From a virus (taxonomy: Duplodnaviria > Heunggongvirae > Uroviricota > Caudoviricetes): a stretch of 51,636 nt of DNA. Made by a program: the position numbers and the translations under genes. The stretch spans positions 1-51,636 of the IMG/VR virus record IMGVR_UViG_3300014204_000115. One strand, given 5' to 3'. Every line of letters begins with the position of its first letter. The first letter of the stretch is position 1. Below the pieces are notes generated by a model, which saw only the letters and a program-made list of their open reading frames with translations, was not told the origin of the DNA and made no database searches. This document shows positions 46,886 through 51,636 of this stretch, piece after piece.

Positions 46886-47830
46886 TTATTTATTATTTTT
46901 ATCTTTTCTATCTTGAATTTTATAATATCGTTCCATAATATCATATACTTCTTGTAGGAAGTTATAAAACATAATTATTATTTCATCCATGTTATCTTTA
47001 TATGCATCAATATTAGAAATTAATATTTCAAATAATTCAATAGATTGAGTAATAAATTTTCTTAGTTTTAATAAAATAATGTCTGATGAGAATGATAACT
47101 GAGATTCAATAGCTAATAATCTTGAATAAATTTTTTTTAATTCAAATATTTTTCCAACTTCTTCTGCAGTTTTCTTGGGTTGTCCTGTCATTGGATCTAT
47201 ATTTGGATCCGGTTGACCTAAAGCTCCTCCCATACTTCCATCCATTCCCATTTGAGATGGATCAGATTGTCCACCCATCATTGCAGAAGGATCTGCCATT
47301 TGCTGATTTGGATCTATATTTGGATCTTCTCCACTAGCAGGATTTTGTTCTCCCATGTTATCATCAGCTATTTTACCTAAACCATTATCATCATCTTCGT
47401 CTTCTTCCGCATCTGATTCTTCGTCTTCTTTGTCTTTCTTTTCATCTTGTTCTAGAATAGAATCTTCAAATACACTAATCATTTCCTCTATTTCTGAACG
47501 ATCTAAATCTTCTAGATCAGATTCCCAATCTTCAATTTCTTCTCCCTTACTATCAATAATTTCAACATCTTTAATATCATTTGATTCAGGATCAGGAGGT
47601 TCATTTAAAACAGTTTTTCCTTTTCTTGTTTTAACTTCTGGCTCTTTAAAATCTTCTAGTTCTATTGAGTCAGTAACTGCTGCTGGTATTGAGATATTTG
47701 TTTTATATTCATTATCATCTGTAACATTTGGAAGATCCGGATAATCCTCAATACTTGAAGGTCTTGGGATATTTACATTTGTATAATATAATTGTTCTAA
47801 TTTTGTTAAAATATTTTTATTTAATTTCAT
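46886..47830 (-). CDS. Acidic low-complexity prohead core/scaffold-like protein
   Basis: D/E- and M/G/P-rich; lies between portal and protease. Confidence 0.6.
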   Translation of the reverse strand: MKLNKNILTKLEQLYYTNVNIPRPSSIEDYPDLPNVTDDNEYKTNISIPAAVTDSIELEDFKEPEVKTRKGKTVLNEPPDPESNDIKDVEIIDSKGEEIEDWESDLEDLDRSEIEEMISVFEDSILEQDEKKDKEDEESDAEEDEDDDNGLGKIADDNMGEQNPASGEDPNIDPNQQMADPSAMMGGQSDPSQMGMDGSMGGALGQPDPNIDPMTGQPKKTAEEVGKIFELKKIYSRLLAIESQLSFSSDIILLKLRKFITQSIELFEILISNIDAYKDNMDEIIIMFYNFLQEVYDIMERYYKIQDRKDKNNK

Positions 47831-47855
47831 GTTTATTTCTCCATACCTAGATTAT

Positions 47856-49793
47856 TTAGAAACCCATTCCTCCTGTTCCAGTCATTCCTCCCATACCACC
47901 ACCCATTAATCCAGCACCACCCATTCCATTGTTTTCTCCTTCTGGATCTGTTCCTAAGCTTTTATCAATTTTGGAGTCAATTTCAAATTGTTCAACTTCA
48001 ACCCAGTCAATATTTGTTAGATATTTCTTTTTACTCCATTCTTTTGGAACACCTATTCTCTCTAGTGTTTCTACTAGATTAGCTAAATTGGTAAGATAAC
48101 TAGCTTCTCTTTCAAATTGTAAAGATTTTGGAGCAGGAAAAGCTATTTCAACATTATTTAAAATTGTTAAAGCTTTTTCTGGTTCAATAATATTATAGAT
48201 TTTTATAATTAGTTCTTGAATTTGATGGGTTAAATATTTTTGATGATTTACGATTGTTCTTGCAAATAAAACGTTCTCTTCTGATAATGTTGCTTTAGCT
48301 GAAACGTTTTCTTCTAATGAAAGAAATGATGCAGGAACACCTAAACTAGCTACAATAGAATCTCTAATAAATTTCATTTCATCTGTTTTTGATCTAGTAT
48401 CTGACATCATCTCTGTCATATTACTAATATCAACAAAAGACTTTCCATCTTTTTGAGGAATAAAAACGTCCTCGAAACTTGAAATCATACTTGGTATAGT
48501 ATCAACACTACCAAAACTATCAATACTAATTTTTCTTCTTTTAAATTCTTCTTTTAATTTTTCAATAGCTTTTGCTGCATCTCTTGGTAGTCCGACTTCA
48601 ACACTTATTTTTCTTTTTTCAATTGATCTATTTAATCTTAAAATAGTCATAGCTACTTCTAATGCAATTAGAATTTTTGCATTAAACTGACAAGGATCAA
48701 ATATAGATTCTCCATAAGGATAATATTTAGTTGAAGGTCTTTGAAAATGTTGAATCCTGTCAGGTGGTACATATCTAATATTCATTGCTTTTGTATAATC
48801 AGTTTCTTTAACCATAGCTGAAACAATATCTTGTAAATCTTTTGTATTTATACTTTGATCATCCAATCCTGGAATTTTCTTTTCAACTGATCTAAGGATT
48901 GACTGACAAATTGAATTTACTGTTTGATTTTGAAGCATCAATTGTGGAGATAATAATGAAGCAGGAAAAATTAAATAACCAAAACAAATTGGAAACATAT
49001 CACTTTGTAGTTTAACTACTCTTTTTGGATCATAAAATAGAAAGTGTAAATCTTCAGGTTTTATTTCTTTTTTACTATCTTTATCTAAATCACTTACTAC
49101 TTTTGTATTTTTATCATTATTTATAACATCATCTAATGCTGAAAAGTCCATTATAATTTTAACATTTCTTTTATCATCAATTTTTTCTGTTATGGTTTCT
49201 TTTGATGAATTATTAATTTTCATATTAAAAAGAGATTCTGATAAAAATGCTGACCTACTAGTTAATGCAGTTTTTGAATCAGCTATTTCAGCGAAAAAAT
49301 CTCCAAATTCTAAAGTGTTTTTAACAATCATATCAAGACGTTCTTCTAATTTCATCTTTTTGATAATTTCTTCAATATCTTTAACATTTGATTGAGCATT
49401 TTCAGAATTTTCAATATATGATTTTGCGTTTACTTCTAAAGATGTTTTAGTAATATCATCCGGAGCAATAATATTATCAACTAATACATCTAAAGCTCTT
49501 TGACAATAGTTAATAAAGGATACAATTGCAGCATAAGAATTATATCTTTGTAACCTACCACCTTGACCAAAAGTAGCAGGAGTTGTACCTTGTTGAAATA
49601 TATTTGTACTAATGTCTACTGAACCGCCTTTAGATATCAGACTTTTTACAAGGTCAATGTAACCATTTCTTCCAGAATTAGATTTATAAGATATAATATC
49701 TCTAACTGCATTATCTAACTTTGTATCAATTCCGGAGGTTTTGGTTCCTACTATTGTTGTTTTTAATTTAGAAAATGTGTCTCGTAATGACAT
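47856..49793 (-). CDS. Portal protein, T4 gp20-like
   Basis: ALD..VD, GDFF, PYGESI, RLNRSIEKR.I.VEVG.P, EDVFIP, LGVP..FL, FARTI...Q. Confidence 0.9.
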   Translation of the reverse strand: MSLRDTFSKLKTTIVGTKTSGIDTKLDNAVRDIISYKSNSGRNGYIDLVKSLISKGGSVDISTNIFQQGTTPATFGQGGRLQRYNSYAAIVSFINYCQRALDVLVDNIIAPDDITKTSLEVNAKSYIENSENAQSNVKDIEEIIKKMKLEERLDMIVKNTLEFGDFFAEIADSKTALTSRSAFLSESLFNMKINNSSKETITEKIDDKRNVKIIMDFSALDDVINNDKNTKVVSDLDKDSKKEIKPEDLHFLFYDPKRVVKLQSDMFPICFGYLIFPASLLSPQLMLQNQTVNSICQSILRSVEKKIPGLDDQSINTKDLQDIVSAMVKETDYTKAMNIRYVPPDRIQHFQRPSTKYYPYGESIFDPCQFNAKILIALEVAMTILRLNRSIEKRKISVEVGLPRDAAKAIEKLKEEFKRRKISIDSFGSVDTIPSMISSFEDVFIPQKDGKSFVDISNMTEMMSDTRSKTDEMKFIRDSIVASLGVPASFLSLEENVSAKATLSEENVLFARTIVNHQKYLTHQIQELIIKIYNIIEPEKALTILNNVEIAFPAPKSLQFEREASYLTNLANLVETLERIGVPKEWSKKKYLTNIDWVEVEQFEIDSKIDKSLGTDPEGENNGMGGAGLMGGGMGGMTGTGGMGF

Positions 49794-49826
49794 AAATTTA
49801 TCTCTTTCCTAGGTACTAGTTATTTG

Positions 49827-49879
49827 TTAAAATACGCACTAGACGCTAAAAATATTAGTTAGTCTAGTGCGTATTTTAA
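49827..49879. terminator. 18-bp stem hairpin (terminator or processing site)
   Basis: ttaaaatacgcactagac / gtctagtgcgtattttaa. Confidence 0.7.
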
Positions 49880-49884
49880 ATAAA

Positions 49885-50388
49885 TTATTTCTGTGGTAGA
49901 GCTTTTTTTCTATTTTTTGCAGCTCTATAACCAGCGTAACCAGCACCAGCAGCTGCAATTCCTAGACCAGCAGCAGCACCAATTTTAGTTTTAGGACCAA
50001 TTTTTCCATAAGCTAATTTTATTTTACTTATATTTGAACCAGCTTTATCTGTTGCAGCTTTTTTCATTCTTGAAGCCCAGTCGCTTAATTTTGACATTTT
50101 TTTCTCATATGCATCTTTAATCTTTTTCATTTTTTCTTTATTTCCTGCAGCTTTAGCCTTAGCATACGCATTTTTAAACCAATCCTTTATTTTTTCAGAT
50201 CTCTTTTTTGCGACTACCTGAATTTTTTCTAAAGCTTTTGATCTATCTTCTTCTGCAAGAACAATTAATTCTTTTGCTTCTTTTAAAGTTACCTGTGGTG
50301 CAAGAATTAAATATTCATCAAGATACATAAGTTTTGTATCTGAACCATCGATTTCCTGCATAACTGACTCAAAAATATAATCTTTCAT
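49885..50388 (-). CDS. Putative internal head protein
   Basis: Acidic leader, K/A-rich body, glycine-zipper-like C-terminal helix. Confidence 0.55.
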   Translation of the reverse strand: MKDYIFESVMQEIDGSDTKLMYLDEYLILAPQVTLKEAKELIVLAEEDRSKALEKIQVVAKKRSEKIKDWFKNAYAKAKAAGNKEKMKKIKDAYEKKMSKLSDWASRMKKAATDKAGSNISKIKLAYGKIGPKTKIGAAAGLGIAAAGAGYAGYRAAKNRKKALPQK

Positions 50389-50414
50389 TTTTAAATTTCC
50401 TCCTAATAATTCTT

Positions 50415-50451
50415 ATTTTATTTTTGTTCTAATCAAATAATCAGATTAGAA
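50415..50451 (-). promoter_or_regulatory. Putative late promoter with TTCT-N17-AGAA dyad
   Basis: TTCTAATCTGATTATTTGATTAGAACAAAAATAAAAT on minus strand. Confidence 0.55.
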
Positions 50452-50454
50452 TTT

Positions 50455-51297
50455 TTATTTTTGTTTAGCTAATGCTACTTTAAACTCATCTTCTCTCTTT
50501 TTAAGTTCTATTTCTTTTTTATATGATACAATATTATCTTTTTCAATTTGAATGTCTCTCTTTGCTTTTTCAATTTCTTTTTGTATCCTCATTGAACATT
50601 TTTGAGGGTTTTTATCTTGTCTGCATTTAGAATTTAATCCGCTTAATTGTATAATTTTTTTATTTAAAGAAGCTAATTTTATTTTTGAAATGCAAAGATT
50701 TCTTTCTGTAGATTCTTTATATACTCCACATTTTCTTACTGCTGAACTAAATAAAGCTTGACCTGTTCTGTTAATTGTAAATATAGCTTTGTCTCCAACA
50801 GATGCAGCTATAAGAGAAATTGCTCCCCCTGCAACCTTTGATCCTAATTTAGCAGCAGCACCAATTATTGGTGCATATTGTTCATCTAAGATTTGTTTAA
50901 TTTTATTTTGATTTATTTGAATTCTATTTTTTGCTTTTTCAATTTCTAATTCAAATTTTTCTTTACACATTTTAGGATCTGGTGCTGTTGAACATCTATT
51001 TAAAAGATTTTTAGATACAGATATTTTTTGTTGAAAAGCTTTTATTCTTTCTCTTGCAACACAAACTTTAAATCCTGGAGTTACCTTTTTAAACATTCCT
51101 CCGCCACATTTTCTTGTTGCTCTGCTAAATGTTAGATTTGCTGCTCTCCAAGCAAGTTTAGCTGAAGTTGTATAAACTCCAAACATAAGTGATGCATGGA
51201 CACCTTTTTTAAAAGTAGATTTAAAAGAAGATGGAATAGATTCTTGTTCATTTAAGTAATTTAAATAATTTTCTAAAATTGTCATAGAAGTTTTCAA
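50455..51297 (-). CDS. Two-repeat Cys-helical protein, putative internal head protein
   Basis: Duplicated A.RKCG..C..C....P..C...EIEKAK..IQI unit, each after L(N/D)EQ. Confidence 0.6.
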   Translation of the reverse strand: MKTSMTILENYLNYLNEQESIPSSFKSTFKKGVHASLMFGVYTTSAKLAWRAANLTFSRATRKCGGGMFKKVTPGFKVCVARERIKAFQQKISVSKNLLNRCSTAPDPKMCKEKFELEIEKAKNRIQINQNKIKQILDEQYAPIIGAAAKLGSKVAGGAISLIAASVGDKAIFTINRTGQALFSSAVRKCGVYKESTERNLCISKIKLASLNKKIIQLSGLNSKCRQDKNPQKCSMRIQKEIEKAKRDIQIEKDNIVSYKKEIELKKREDEFKVALAKQK

Positions 51298-51304
51298 GCC
51301 TCTT

Positions 51305-51634
51305 TTAAGGTATATTTTCTTCGCTATCTAATATATTTTCTCTAGCTCGTTCTCGAACTTCATCATTTTCAAATTTACTATTAAAATATTCCATTATATT
51401 AAAAATAAAAGTTTCTTCATCTCCATATAATTCTATAAATTCATTTTTTAAATTTTTTCCAAGTAATTTCATTACTAATAAAGTAAATTGTTTTGAGACC
51501 ATATTAAATTCCATATCATTAATTTTAACTGCTTCTAGAGAATAGATTAAAATCTTATCTTTATAAATAATCTCGTAAGCTTTTTGCATATGAAACTCTA
51601 AAACTGCAATATATGATTCAAAAACATCAATCTT
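51305..51634 (-). CDS. Hypothetical protein, partial (starts beyond right edge)
   Basis: Frame stays open upstream of 51589 (KIDVFESYIAVLEFHMQ). Confidence 0.7.
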   Translation of the reverse strand, partial: KIDVFESYIAVLEFHMQKAYEIIYKDKILIYSLEAVKINDMEFNMVSKQFTLLVMKLLGKNLKNEFIELYGDEETFIFNIMEYFNSKFENDEVRERARENILDSEENIP

Positions 51635-51636
51635 AT

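Noticed and set aside
47793-47799. AGAACA late-motif match
   Set aside because: Inside a coding sequence (KLEQ) and lacks the TAAA box at the usual spacing.
19969-49395. Antisense ORFs (19969, 22837, 24509, 27143, 38719, 39494, 41813, 45624, 46123, 46452, 47122, 47355, 49192)
   Set aside because: Overlap well-supported genes on the other strand and show no motifs.
1-51636. Stop-codon reassignment, tRNA genes or a diversity-generating retroelement
   Set aside because: Genes are intact in code 11 with TAG and TGA used as stops; no tRNA, reverse transcriptase or TR/VR pair seen by eye.

Overview
AT-rich segment of a large T4-like/jumbo tailed phage (standard genetic code; GH108 endolysin plus spanin-like genes suggest a Gram-negative host). 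1-19.1 kb, mostly minus strand, late genes: (Ser-Gly-X)n repeat fibre proteins, tail-collar fibre and chaperones, a glycan-modification cassette (intein-split B12 radical SAM, GT2x3/methyltransferase/GT9 fusion, methyltransferase, GT9 half) and a lysis cassette. 19.2-39 kb, plus strand, early/accessory genes: a probable counter-defence operon (nicotinamidase, vWA, PP2C, NADAR, YegI-like kinase, nicotinate phosphoribosyltransferase, Apyc1-like MBL hydrolase, deaminase), NAD-dependent ligase, HicB-like, PRTase and many small ORFs. 39-51.6 kb, mostly minus strand: head module (portal, scaffold-like, gp21-like protease, probable internal proteins, gp23-like capsid) interleaved with Vsr/DUF559-type homing endonucleases. 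Two recurring promoter-like motifs and a structured non-coding element near 30 kb were read from the DNA. All family assignments come from motif recognition by eye, not database searches.
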